Below, in pieces: positions 35,296 to 46,576 of a DNA stretch of 64,000 nucleotides. The notes beneath the pieces are model-generated. The model ran no database searches. It was not told the origin of the DNA and was given only the letters and a program-made list of their open reading frames with translations. Origin of the DNA: Malacoraja senta (Eukaryota); assembly GCA_038087875.1 (NCBI GenBank), contig CM075991.1, positions 2,914,001-2,978,000 of the forward strand, given 5' to 3'. How positions within the stretch are numbered: the stretch's first letter is position 1; every line of letters starts with the position of its first letter. A program made the translations under genes and the position numbers.

Positions 35296-37252
35296 GATAC
35301 ATCTAATTTTGGCTTCTCCCTCTCAAACTGCAGGTTGAATTCTATCTAGTTCTGATTACTGCCTCCAAGGGGTTCCTTCACCTTAGGCACCCTAATCAAA
35401 TCTGGTTCATTGCACAACACTAAGTCCAGAATTGCCTTTTCCCTAGTGGGCTCGACCACGAGCTGCTCTAAAAACCCATCTCGTCGGCTTCTTTAAAGGC
35501 TGCCCCTTGCACTGTAAAGCTAAGCGCTCCCATCTTTATAGCCTATCCACCCTGGGAAAACTGGTTCTGGCTGTCTACCCTATCTATGTGGCTCATGATT
35601 ATATACACTTCTATCCTTGTAATGATTAATCACATCTACCGGGGTGGCGCCGTACAATGACAGCTTCGCCAACAGTCTGTCTGGTCCTTTTCTTCTTTTG
35701 TTGTTTTTAGTCTTTTGTTAAATGTGTGTTTTAGTGTATCTTTAGTTTTGTATTATGTGGGGGGTGAGGGAAACGTTTTTAATCTATTTCCTCGACAGAG
35801 ATGCGTCTTTTTCCGTATCGTGTCTCCGTCCGCAATGCGGCCTAACATCGTGGAGCTGGCGGTCCATTTGTCAGGGATCGACTTCGGGAGCTCCAACCAC
35901 GGGAGCTCCAACCGCAGGAGTTTCGAGCGCCCCGACGCGGGAGCTTCGATCACCGGCTGCGGGAGCTTTGACCGCCCTGACTGCGGATGCTTCGACTGCC
36001 CGACCGCGGGAGAAAAGGAGGGAAGAAGATAATACGTTATCGCCTTCCATCACAGTGCGCTGTGGTGGATGTTTATGTTAATTTTTATGCCGTTGTGTGT
36101 CTTGTTGCTTTTTTGTTATGACTGTATGGCAAATCAAATCCTCTGTATGTTTTTACATACTTGGCGAATAAATTACTTACAATTACCGTTGACTGACACA
36201 TTTCTAAAAATATAAGAAAATAAAGAACCCTTTGTTGCCTTTCACTGAGTGCACAGATCTCTCTTCCTCGGCAGCAGCTGAACAAACATCGCTTTGGAGG
36301 AAGTTTGTCAGGAGCTCTTTGTGTGATTAATGCATGTGTACATCGACAATGACCTTTTCTCTGCCTGGATTTAATGCTCGTCTTTGTCACTAGTATCTGA
36401 CCGAAGCTGGGTGATAAGGAGCACTTCTTCGTTGCTGGTTACCATGTGTACAATGCAGGTTGCAAGAGCTTGTGTGCACACAGCGGTTATTACATTTCCA
36501 AGTATTTAATCAGACGGGGCTGTCACATCAGACGGGGCTGTCACACTGCCGCATGTGTTGTTCCACCTTTGGATAGATGTCAGCAGCTTCAGTCACCAAC
36601 AACATTATGATCGCTGAGTTCCTCCAGCCTTTTGCCTTTTCCTCAAGATTCCATCATCTGCAGTTTCTTGCGTCTCTCTATGTCATCTTTAATGACTTTA
36701 GGGTTCTCTGAACTGCTAAACAACCATTTAAATGCGCGCCCAGTTGGGATGCTCTGGTAATATGGGTCTCTCAACATCCAAATTGAGCACAGTAATATTT
36801 CACAAACAGAAAAAAGATAGTGACCAGGTAACTTCTCAAGTAAAGGTACAGTGGTGGTGCAGCGGTAGAGTTGCTGCCTTACAGTGCTTACAGCGCTGAG
36901 ACACAGGTTCGATCCCGACTACGGGTGCTGTCTGTAAGGAGTTTGTACGTTCTCCCAGTGACCGGATAGGCTTTCTCCAAGGTCTTCGGTTTCCTCCCAA
37001 ACTCAAAAGACGTATTGGTTTGTAGGTTAATTGGCTTGGTGTATGTGTATATTGTTCCTAGTGTGCGTAGGATAGTGTTAATCCTATCTAGTGTTATTCT
37101 GATGTTATCCTAATAACCAGTGTTATAGTAATCCTAATCTGGCGTTAAATCTGGCGCGGACTAAACTAAACTAAAGTTAGTTAAGGGATAATCTTTGTCA
37201 AGGCAGTCAAGAAAACAACTTTGTGCTACGTTAAAGCGCTCTGTGGACCTAA

Positions 37253-37743
37253 AGGGCCTGTCCCACCAGCTTGCGATTGCATGCGTCTAGCCCGACCAAA
37301 CAGAAGCGTTCACGCTAAGTTCGCGGTAAGTACGCGCAAAGTTCGCTCGTGATGTAATTTACGTCATACTCACCAATCAGCTGGGCAGGAGGTGGGCCGA
37401 CTGAATTTGGACGTCGCACAGCATCGGGCGGTGACGTCATCACGCAACGGCACGCGCTAGGTGTACGCCGTCAAGACGCTACGTACGACGTCAAGACGCT
37501 GCGTACAACGTCAAGGCGCTGCGTACGCCCTCAATGCGCCTGCGGGCCGACAGGCCATTGGCGCGCTGAATTTTCGGACAGTGCAGGATTTTCGGAACCC
37601 CGCGCGATGTCGGGACCAGCCCCGCACAACTCCATACGCCTCCGCGGTTCGAAGTGGGACCGACCCCGCGCGGCTGTACGCCTCAAGCGACCACGTTTGG
37701 TCGCGCTAGACGCATGCAATCGCATGCTGGTGGGACAGGCGCT
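37253..37743. mobile_element. PIF/Harbinger-type MITE, distinct subfamily
   Basis: About 50-bp TIRs AGGGCCTGTCCCACCAGC...GACCAAAC, TAA TSD, internal 20-bp tandem repeats. Confidence 0.88.
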
Positions 37744-37926
37744 TAAGTGACGAAATGGGGCCCCAGCCAAAAGAAGGCACCTTCCGAAATGCACTCGAGT
37801 GTCAGTCTAAACTGTTGTGCTCAACATTTGTGAGTAGGTGTAGGCCTCAACTCATCACTTTCTGGGTGGAAAAAAATTGCACCTCAGGTTCCAATTAAAT
37901 CTTTTCCCTCTCACCTTAAACCTATG

Positions 37927-38478
37927 CAGGACTGGCAGCTTTCTGTAGACCTGGTGAAACAGCTGAAGTTCCCACAGCACATTGCCACGACCACTCTGAG
38001 GCCAGACATCCTCCTGGTCTCAGAGGCGACCAAAAACATTGTCTTGTTGGAAGTGACAGTGCCGTGGGAGGACCGTCTGGAGTAGACGGAGAAAATCAAG
38101 TATGAAGAGCTGGTCATAGACTGGCGTAAGAAGGGCTGGAAGGCAAGGTGTATGCCCATCGAGGTTGGCTGCAGAGGTTTTGCAGGGCAATCGCTCTACA
38201 AAGCCTTGAGTGCACTGGGCATCAACGGAATGGAGAGGAGAAGAGCCATCAAGAACACCACAGAGGCAGCGGAGAAGGCCTCGAGATGGCTCTGGATCAG
38301 GAGAGGAGGTCCATGAGGAGGAGCGAATGCCACCTGAACACAAGTCGTGGTCTGATCAACCACGGCTGGGTCACCTGGGTGAGGGTGTCTGATGTTGAAA
38401 GACCCGAAACACCCAATAACCCCATGTTATATCACTGATGATGTGTTCAGGAGCATCAATAGATGTCTTTTTATAAAA
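37927..38478 (+). mobile_element. 5'-truncated Hero-like (restriction-like endonuclease) non-LTR retrotransposon, inserted in a CR1 fragment
   Basis: The frame from 37930 reads DWQLSVDLVKQLKFPQHIATTTLRPDILLVSEATKNIVLLEVTVPWEDRLE*TEKIKYEELV...GWKARCMPIEVGCRGF...AAEKASRWLWIRR, a PD-(D/E)xK RLE domain with one stop. The flanks rejoin as CR1 'cttaaacctatg|tcctct'. Confidence 0.85.
38383..38448 (+). ncRNA. Candidate rearranged (non-circularly permuted) hammerhead ribozyme
   Basis: GGGUGU-C / GAAA-CACCC (stem III, 6 bp), UGAUGU / AUAUCA-CUGAUGA (stem I, 6 bp), GACCC / GUGUU (stem II, 4 of 5). All core nucleotides are present. Confidence 0.6.
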
Positions 38479-40204
38479 ATGTCCTCTATTTCTTGATTCC
38501 CCTACTCTATAAGATCTATAAGATCACCACTCAGCCCCCTTGCTCGCCAATTAAACGCAGCACAAAATGAAACGCATCAGACAGTGACTTTGCCTGACAA
38601 CTATATTAATTATGATTGGTTTTAGAGATGAAGCATGGATACAGGCCCTTTGGTCCACTGAGGCCTCGCTGACAATAGATCGCCTCCTCACACTAGTTCT
38701 ACGTTACCAAGCACAAATTTACAGAAGCCAATTAGCCGACAAACCCGCACGTCTTTAGCACGTGGAGGAAACGGAAGCACCATGAGGTCACGAAAACCAT
38801 GAAACCATGAAGCAGAATTTTAAAAACTCCACACAGACAGCACCTGAGGTCAGGATCGAACTCGAGTCTCTGGTGCTGTGAGGCAGCAGCTCTACCAGCT
38901 GTGCTGTCCTAATTAGTTCAAACAACTCGAAGATTTATGACATTGTTTTGATCAATTACTTAGTCTTTGGTTACAGAACTCTATGATCTACTTTCGCAAC
39001 ATCCAAACCCCACCATTTGTACTCAGATATCACCCACGTCTGGTGAACCTGCCAGGGCTCCATCTTGGCTCGTTCTTCTCCGAGTCCTTGACTCTGGGTT
39101 TTCTTCCTGACTGGTTGGTCTCCACAGTCACTGTTACTAGTCATTTCATTAGGAAGAACGAGGATAGGCCTCCCAAGGATAGGTAAGAGGAGGTGTTCGA
39201 GAACTGGATTCCTAGGATGGGTAGAAGGGTCTCGACATGAAACGTCACCCGTTCCTTCTCTCCAGAGATGCTGCCTGTCCCGCTGAGTTACTCCAGCTTT
39301 TTGTGTCGATCTCATTAGGAACGTCTTCATACAGTTCATCGCACATCTTCCAAACATTGTCTTGCTCTTTATTGCCATTTATGCAGCTGTAACTTAAGGC
39401 TTTTTCCATATCAGTCAAGTTATTGTGCATAGAAGGTGGGACATTATGTTACAGTTGTACAACATGTTGGGTTTTAGTTTTAGTTATGGAGGTACAGCAT
39501 GGAGACAGGCCATTTGGCCCACTGAGTCCATGCCGACCACTGATCACCGTTCACACTAGTTCTGTTATCCCACTTTCGCATACATTACCCACAATCAAAT
39601 GAGATCAAATAGAACAAGTTGTCCTACAACTTTAGGCTGTGCACGCCATACGCAGTAGAAGAAGCATCCATTACCTAGGGACAACTTACAGAGACTAATT
39701 AACCTATAAATCCGCACATCTTTGGGATGCGAGAGGAAACCGGAGCACCTGGTGGAAACCCACGTGGCAACAGGAGAGTGTGCAAACTCCACACCAACAG
39801 CACCCGAGATCAGGATCGAACCTGGGTCTCTGGTGCTGTGAGGGAGCAGTTCAAGCAGCTCCGCCACTTTTGTACAGCTTTGAAGAGACCGCATTTGGAG
39901 TATTGTGTTCAATTCTGATTACCCCGCTATAGGAAGGATGCCATTAAGCAAGAAAGAGTGCAAAGAAGATTTATGAGGATGATGCCAGGACTTGAGCACC
40001 TGAGCTATAGGGAGAGGTTGGGCAGGCTAGGACTTTATTCCTTGGAGCGCAAAGGATGAGAGGAAATATTATACACGTGCATAAAATCATGAGGGGAATA
40101 GATTTCCCTCCTCCCCCCCGCCCCTCACTTCCAACCTATTTCCTCTGGTTCTTGATTCCCCTACTCTGGGTAAAGGACTCTGTGCATTTACCCTATCTAT
40201 TCCT

Positions 40205-43200
40205 GTCCAGTAGGAGAGCAGAGGGAACGGAGGTCTGGCCTACCCCGCCCTCATCGTTGGCTGCACCGAGCTTCAGTGCGTCCCTCAGCAGCACAGTCTG
40301 CAGCGGGCCAGTCGGCAACATTCCCCGACGGACATCTCGCTCCGCTGGGAGGTCAACAAGGCTCGGGCAGGCCAAAGAGCGTCTTTCACCGAGTTGATGA
40401 CCCTCCAGCAGCACTCGATGTCAGTCTCTGAATGTGTCCCTGTGAACAGTCCGTAAATCACAGAGTCCTCTGTGACGGAGCTGTTCAGAATAAACTGTGA
40501 CAGGGACCCTTGCAGACCTCTCCACTCTCTTTGCCAATCCACACTCTGCGAAGAGGTGGGCAACCGTCTCCTCTCCATAGCAGCCGTCCCGAGGGCAGCG
40601 TGCGCTGGTAGTAAGGTTCCGACGGTGCAGGAAGGATCAGACTGGGAGGGCTCCCCTCACCGCCAGCCAAGCCAGGTCTTGGTGCTTGTTGGTGAGTTCT
40701 GGCGATGAGGCATTTTGCCAGACAAGCTGGGCAGTCTGCTCTGGGAACCACGCCACCGGATCCATCGAGTCCTTTCCCTGCAGTGCCTGCAGGACATTCC
40801 GTGCTGACCACTGCCCAATGGACATGTGGTCAAAGGTGTTGGTCCGGAAGAACCTTTCCACAAACGACAGATGGGGCGGCAATGTCCAGCTGACTGGCAC
40901 ATTGCGTGGCATCTGCGCCAGGCCCATCCTTCGCAACACCGGGGACAGGTAGAACCTCAGCAGGTAGTGACACTTGGTGCCCACGTGCCTTGGCTCTACA
41001 CTCCGCCTGATGCAGCCACACACGAAGGTGGCCATCAGGGTGAGGGCGACGTTGGGCACGCTTTTACCCCCGTTGTCTACTGACGTACATTGTGGCCCGT
41101 CGCACCCGATCTATCCTCGACCCCCAGATGAACTGGAAGACGGCCCGGGTGATCCCTGTGGCGTAGGAGGGAGGGACAGGCCACACTTGCGCCAAGTACA
41201 GCAGCCCCGAGAGCACCTCACACCTGATGACCACATTTTCCCCCGTTATGGAGAGGGAGCGTTGCCTCCACAGCTCCAATTTCTTCCCCACCTTGGCTAT
41301 CCGCTCCAGCCAATTCTTGTCACACGCCTCAGCCCCCCCGAACCAGATCCCCAGCACCTTCAAGAAGTCAGGCTCGATGGTGAAGGGGACGGAAGATCGG
41401 TCGAGCCAGTTGCCAAAGAGCATGGCCCCGCTCTTCCTGCGGTTCACCCTGGCTCCCGTGGCCGACTCAAACTGGTCGCAGATACTAATCAGTCTGCGGA
41501 CCGACCCTGGATCCGAGCAGAAGATGGCGACATCGTCCATGTACAGGGAGGTTTTGACCTGAATGCCCCCACTGCCTGGCAATTTCACTCCTCTTATGCT
41601 CGCGTCCTTCCTGATGGACTCGGCAAAAGGTTCAATACAATAGATGAACAAGACAGGGGAGAGAGGGCAACCCTGCCTGACTCCAGACCTAATGGGGAAG
41701 CTGTCTGATTCCCACCCATTGATTTAGACTGCACTACAGATATCGGTATAGAGCAGTTGGATCCAACTTCTGATTCCTTTCCCAAATCCCATTTTGGAGA
41801 GCACGTCCCTCATGTATGTGTGCTATATCCTGTCGAAGGCCTTCTCCTGGTCCAAGTTGACTAGGCAGGCATCCACCCGTCTGTCCTGCATGTAGGCAAT
41901 GGTATCTCTCAGCAGCGCTAGGCTGTCTGAGATTTTCCTGCCAGGTACAGCACAAGTTTGGATCACCTGTCCCAGAGCAGACTTGACCCGGTTGGCGATG
42001 GCCTTAGACAGGATCTTGTAATCAACATTCAACAATGTGATGGGTCTCCAATTCCTTATGTCCTTCATCTCCCCCTTCTGCTTGTAGATTAGGGTGATGC
42101 TGCCCTTCCTCATGGACTCTGACATGCTGCCAGCTAGAAGCATGTCATTGTACACTTCCAGCAGGTCTGGGCCCACCCAGTCCCACAGAGCCAAATACAA
42201 CTCGGCCGGTAAGCCATCGCTTCCGGGAGCTTTACTCGAGTCAAAGGAACGGATGGAGCCAGTCAGCTCCTCTAGGGTCAGTGGTTGGTCCAGACTCTCC
42301 CGCTTGCTGTCCCCCAAGACCTCCGTGATAGAGGACAGGAAGTTCTGGGAGGCGGTGCTGTCTGTGGCCTTTCTGTCATACAAATCCATGTAAAAGGATT
42401 TGCAGATCCTCAGCATATCTGTCTGCGAGGATGCTACCGAGTCGTCCTCCTCCCTAAGGCTGTTCATCACAGAGCTCCCCCTGTGAACCTTATGGAAGAA
42501 GTAACGTGAGCACGTCTCATCCTGCTCCACATGGCGGACCCTGGATCGGAAGATGATCTTGGAGTATTCAGAGGTAAAGAGCTGAGCTTGCCGGCCCTTC
42601 AACTCTCTAAGTTCCTCCCTCATATCCACCCCCCTCGACTGCAGAAGGAGCAGTTGCTGCAAATCTGTCTGTGTTGACACAATTCCCTCTGACTCTGTCT
42701 TGCTCTCTGAACCCCTTTAAATATGACGAACGTCTTAATGTTCTCCTTGGTTGCTCCCACCAGAGTGTCGGGGAGTCAAAGAGGGGCTTCACCGTTCTCC
42801 AACATGCGTAGTCCCTCTTTAGCTGCTCAACGTTCTCTGGGGTCAACAGCTTCATATTTAACTTCCACGTCCCTCTCCCTGCTTTCTGGTCCTCCTGTAG
42901 GTGACAGGAAGCCTGAAGGAGGCAGTGGTCAGAAAAGAACGCATGAGGTCGGTGTGTCTGACCGTGATGGCTTTCGTCATGAAGAGGAAGTCTATCCGGG
43001 ATCGGGCTAAACCGTCCGATCTCGACCAGGTGAATCGCGACTGGGACCCGCCTGCAGGGTTGCTGAAGGCGTCGTGCAGCTTTGCGTCTTTTACTGTCTC
43101 CATCAGGAACTTGGACATGCTGTCCAGTCTGTTGTCGGCACTGCCGGATCGTCCAGCCGCATCAATGATGCAGTTGAAGTCACCGGCCAGAACGAGCTGC

Positions 43201-43205
43201 TGGGA
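40205..43205 (-). mobile_element. Tx1-like (L1 clade) LINE ORF2 fragment, frameshifted
   Basis: APE remnant FTWSRSDGLARSRIDFLF. RT motifs KAPGSDGLPAELY, NWRPITLLNVDYKILSKAIANR, LDQEKAFDR, SLYMDD. C-terminal LAWLAVRGALPV. Confidence 0.9.
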
Positions 43206-44600
43206 CTGTTGGTAAATTTCACTGTGTTAACAAGTAACATAGGTGGCAATAAAAAAAACACTATTAACTACTGGCTCCACCAGTTGTGCCTCAGTGTGCT
43301 CAGCTCCATCACTATTGTTTGCTCAGATGCAAGAGTGAGTAAGTATTTATGTTGTGGCGCCAGTTACAACTGGCTTTGCCACCATGCAAAAGGCTTTCTA
43401 GCTGGATGTAATTATACAGAAGCATGGTTAAGTATTTGATTAACACTACTGCCATCTAGAGATGAAAATATTGCATTGTTCGATGTATCAAGGCTGTGAT
43501 GCTATCCAAAGGAAAATCTTGCTAACATCAAATGAAGCACAATGATATGTCCCAAGGATCTATGCACCTAAATGAGGAAATATATATATATATATAGATA
43601 TACATATGCTGGAGCAACTCAGTGTGTCAGGTTGCATCTCTAGAGAATATGGATAGGTGATTTTTTGGGTGAGGACCTTTCTTTAGACTGATAGAGTCCC
43701 TCTCCATGTTCTCTGGGGATGCTGTCTGACCTGCTTAGTTCCTCCAGCAGTTTGTATTATTTGGTGTAAAGCAGTATCTGCAGTTCCTTTCTATATTTCT
43801 GAGAATGGTAGAAACGGTGTAACATTGGTAACAAAACTGAATGACCCCGACTCATCTTAAAGTCTGTTTTGTACAAAGAGAAGTCTTCAGCCGCTTCGCC
43901 ATTTAACTGGATCTTGGCGATTCCGTTTCTCATCTTTGTTCCTGCGTCTTTTGTTCTACTTGAGTCCTTCCTTAACATAAATCTATACAGAAACTTTTTA
44001 GGTTTAAACCTTATATTTACATTAGTGTTCAGAAGTGCTCCGTGATGGAACTACTAGTGGCCAAACTCAAGGTTTGTTAGAGTCATTGTCATACAGTGTG
44101 GAAACGGGCCCTTCGGCCCAACTTGCCCACACCGACCAACATGTTCTGTCTACACCGGCCTCTATTTGGCCCATATTCCTCTAAACCTATCCTATCCATA
44201 TACCTGTCTAAATGTTTTTACACATTGCAATAGTACCTGCCTCAACCACCTTCTCTGGAAGCTCGTTCCACACCCCCACCACCTTTTGTGTAAAAATGTT
44301 ACCCCTCAGGTTCCTATTAAATCTTTCCCTCCGCACCTTAAACCTATGTCATCTAGTTCTCGATTACACTGGACAAGAGGCTGTGTCATGATTTTGTACA
44401 CCTATATAAGATCACCCCTCATCCTCCTGAGCTCCAAGGAATAGAGTCCTAACCTGCTCAACTTCTCCCTATAGCTCAGACCCTCGAGTCCTGGCACCAT
44501 CCTCATAAATCTCTGCACCCTTTCCAGCTTGACAACATCTTTCCTACAACATGGTGCCCAAAACTGAACACGATAGTCTAAATGTGGCCTCACCTATGTC

Positions 44601-45405
44601 ACCTATTTCTCCACCGGGATCCCACCACTGGCCACATCTTCCCATCTCCTCCCCGTTCTGCTTTCCGCAGAAAAACCTCTCCCTCCATAACTCTCTGATC
44701 AATTTGTCCCTTCCCACCCAAACCACCCCCTCCCCTGGTACTTTCCCTTACAACCACAGGAAATGCTACACTTGTCGCTTTACCTCCCCTCTCAACTCCA
44801 TCCAAGGACCCAAGCAGTCTTTCCAGGTGAAGCAGAGGTTCACCTGCACCTCCTCCAACCTCATCTACTGCATCTGCTGTTCCAGGTGTCAACTTCTCTA
44901 CATCGGTGAGACCAAACGCAGGCTTGGTAATCGCTTCGCCCAACACCTCTGCTCAGTTCTCAATAACCAACCTGATCTCCCGGTGGCTCAGCACTTCAAC
45001 TCCCCCTCCCATTCCAAATCCGACCTTTCTGTCCTGGGCCTCCTCCATGGCCAGAGTGAGGCCCAGCGCAAATTGGAGGAACAGCAGCTCATATTTCGCT
45101 TGGGTATTTTACACCCCAGCGGTATGAACATTGACAATAGACAATAGACAATAGGTGCAGGAGTAGGCCATTTGGCCCTTCGAGCCAGCACTGCCATTCA
45201 ATGTGATCATGGCTGATCTTCTCCAATTCCAGCTAGTCCTTGCTTTCTCCCTCATTCCCCTCCACTTCCCAGCTCTCCCACAGCCTACTGTCTCCGCCTC
45301 TTCCTTTCTTCCCCCCCCCCCCCCAATCAGTCTGAAGAAGGGTCTCGACTGGAAACATTGCCTATTCCTTCTCTCCGCTGAGTTTCTCCAGCATTTTGTC
45401 TACCT
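44601..45405 (+). mobile_element. Penelope-like element (Neptune-type, Cys-rich linker) 3' fragment with GIY-YIG endonuclease and pseudo-LTR
   Basis: ORF 44551-45147 reads RKCYTC...FTCTSSNLIYCICCSRCQLLYIGETKRRLGNRFAQH...HFNS...GMNID. TSD tcacctatgtc at 44590-44600 and 45406-45416 within a CR1. A CR1 tail is inserted at about 45133-45218. Confidence 0.88.
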
Positions 45406-45480
45406 TCACCTATGTCTTATATAATTGCAACACACATAGTCATGTAATGTATAACATGATCTCCCAACTTCTATACTCAA

Positions 45481-45670
45481 TATGTGCTGGAAGGAACTGC
45501 AGATGCTGGTTTAAACCGAAGATAGACACATAAAGCTGGAGTAACTCAGCGGGTCATGCAGCAACTATTCGGTTGGGTCCGAAGAAGGGTCTCAACCCGA
45601 AACGTCACCTGTTCCTTCTTTCCAGAGATGCTGCCTGACCGGCTGAGTTACTCAAGCTTTTTGTGTCTAT
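45481..45670. mobile_element. Fold-back Penelope pseudo-LTR palindrome (second subfamily, GGGU-CUCR-ACCC)
   Basis: TSD cttctatactcaa at 45468-45480 and 45671-45683. Confidence 0.8.
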
Positions 45671-45798
45671 CTTCTATACTCAACGGAACTCTGACTGATG
45701 AAGGCCAATGTATGTGTTCTTTATATTCTTCTTAAGAGGAACGTTTCTCGACCTGCTAAACACCCAGATCAGATTCAACCTTATAGGTGACTTTGAAT

Positions 45799-45983
45799 GC
45801 AGACAAAAATGCTGGTGAAACTCAGCGGGTGCAGCAGCATCTATGGAGCGAAGGAAATAGGCAACGTTTCGGCCCGAAACGTTGCCTATTTCCTTCGCTC
45901 CATAGATGCTGCTGCACCCGCTGAGTTTCTCCAGCAATTTTGTCTACCTTCGATTTTCCATCATCTGCAGTTCCTTCTTAAAC
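45799..45983. mobile_element. Fold-back Penelope pseudo-LTR palindrome abutting the CpG island
   Basis: Near-perfect palindrome centred on aacgtttcggcccgaaacgtt. TSD aggtgactttgaat at 45785-45798 and 45984-45997. Confidence 0.85.
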
Positions 45984-46229
45984 AGGTGACTTTGAATACC
46001 GTGTCTCTCCGAGTTCGGTCCAACCTTGGAGGCAGCCGTCGCTAGGGCCGTTGCTAAGGCGCTGAGGGAGCTGCGCCTCCCAAGTTAAGCCCCGGAACTA
46101 AAGTGCGAGCCGAACGTGTCAGGGGGGTTCGGAGAGGCGGGGACACGGAGCGCGTTGGCGGGGTCCGCGGAATATCCGGTCCGCGCCGGGGCAAGGCTGG
46201 GCGGGGATTTCCGCTGGGTCTGTTTTTTC

Positions 46230-46272
46230 CTGACCGGAAGCTGACGCCGCGCCGTGGCCGAGGGGGAGGGAG
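46230..46272 (+). other. TTI2: Putative non-coding first exon of TTI2 (start approximate)
   Basis: Strong donor GAG|gtgagc at 46272/46273 inside the CpG island. The ATG-containing exon has its own acceptor at 53296, so an upstream exon is required. Confidence 0.5.
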
Positions 46273-46551
46273 GTGAGCGTTTGTTGACGTCCAGGGGCCG
46301 GCGGAGGGAGGGAGTGGCCGCAGTCCGCGGGCCGACGGAGGGAGGGAGTGGAGGATGGATGTGTCCGGGGCCTGGTTGAGGGAGCGGCCGGTGTCCTGCA
46401 GGCCGGGTGGGTGGGTGGGGGAGGGAGGGAGGGAGGGAGCCCGGGGCGCGGCCCACCCCTGATCCCGGGGCCTGGGGGTGAGGGTGAGGGACCCGCCCGG
46501 ACCCCGGCGCCGCCTCTTGCCCGCCTTGGGTGGGGGGATCTCCGGCACTTC

Positions 46552-46576
46552 CACACACACACACACACACACACAC
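46552..46576. repeat. (CA)n microsatellite within the CpG island
   Basis: Directly visible. Confidence 0.95.

Larger units (their letters stand above)
32955..35480 (-). mobile_element. Fragmented CR1 ORF2 (linker/endonuclease part), split by three later insertions
   Basis: MKYKGKLANNIKEDTKSFFRY matches the 52603-53028 CR1 ORF. Pieces at about 32955-33425, 34258-34566 and 35300-35480. Confidence 0.7.

Noticed and set aside
37462..37540. Regular 20-bp repeats resembling a CRISPR-like array
   Set aside because: Head-to-tail tandem units with no spacers, inside a eukaryotic MITE.
40974..41708. 244-aa plus-strand ORF
   Set aside because: Antisense shadow of the Tx1-like RT.
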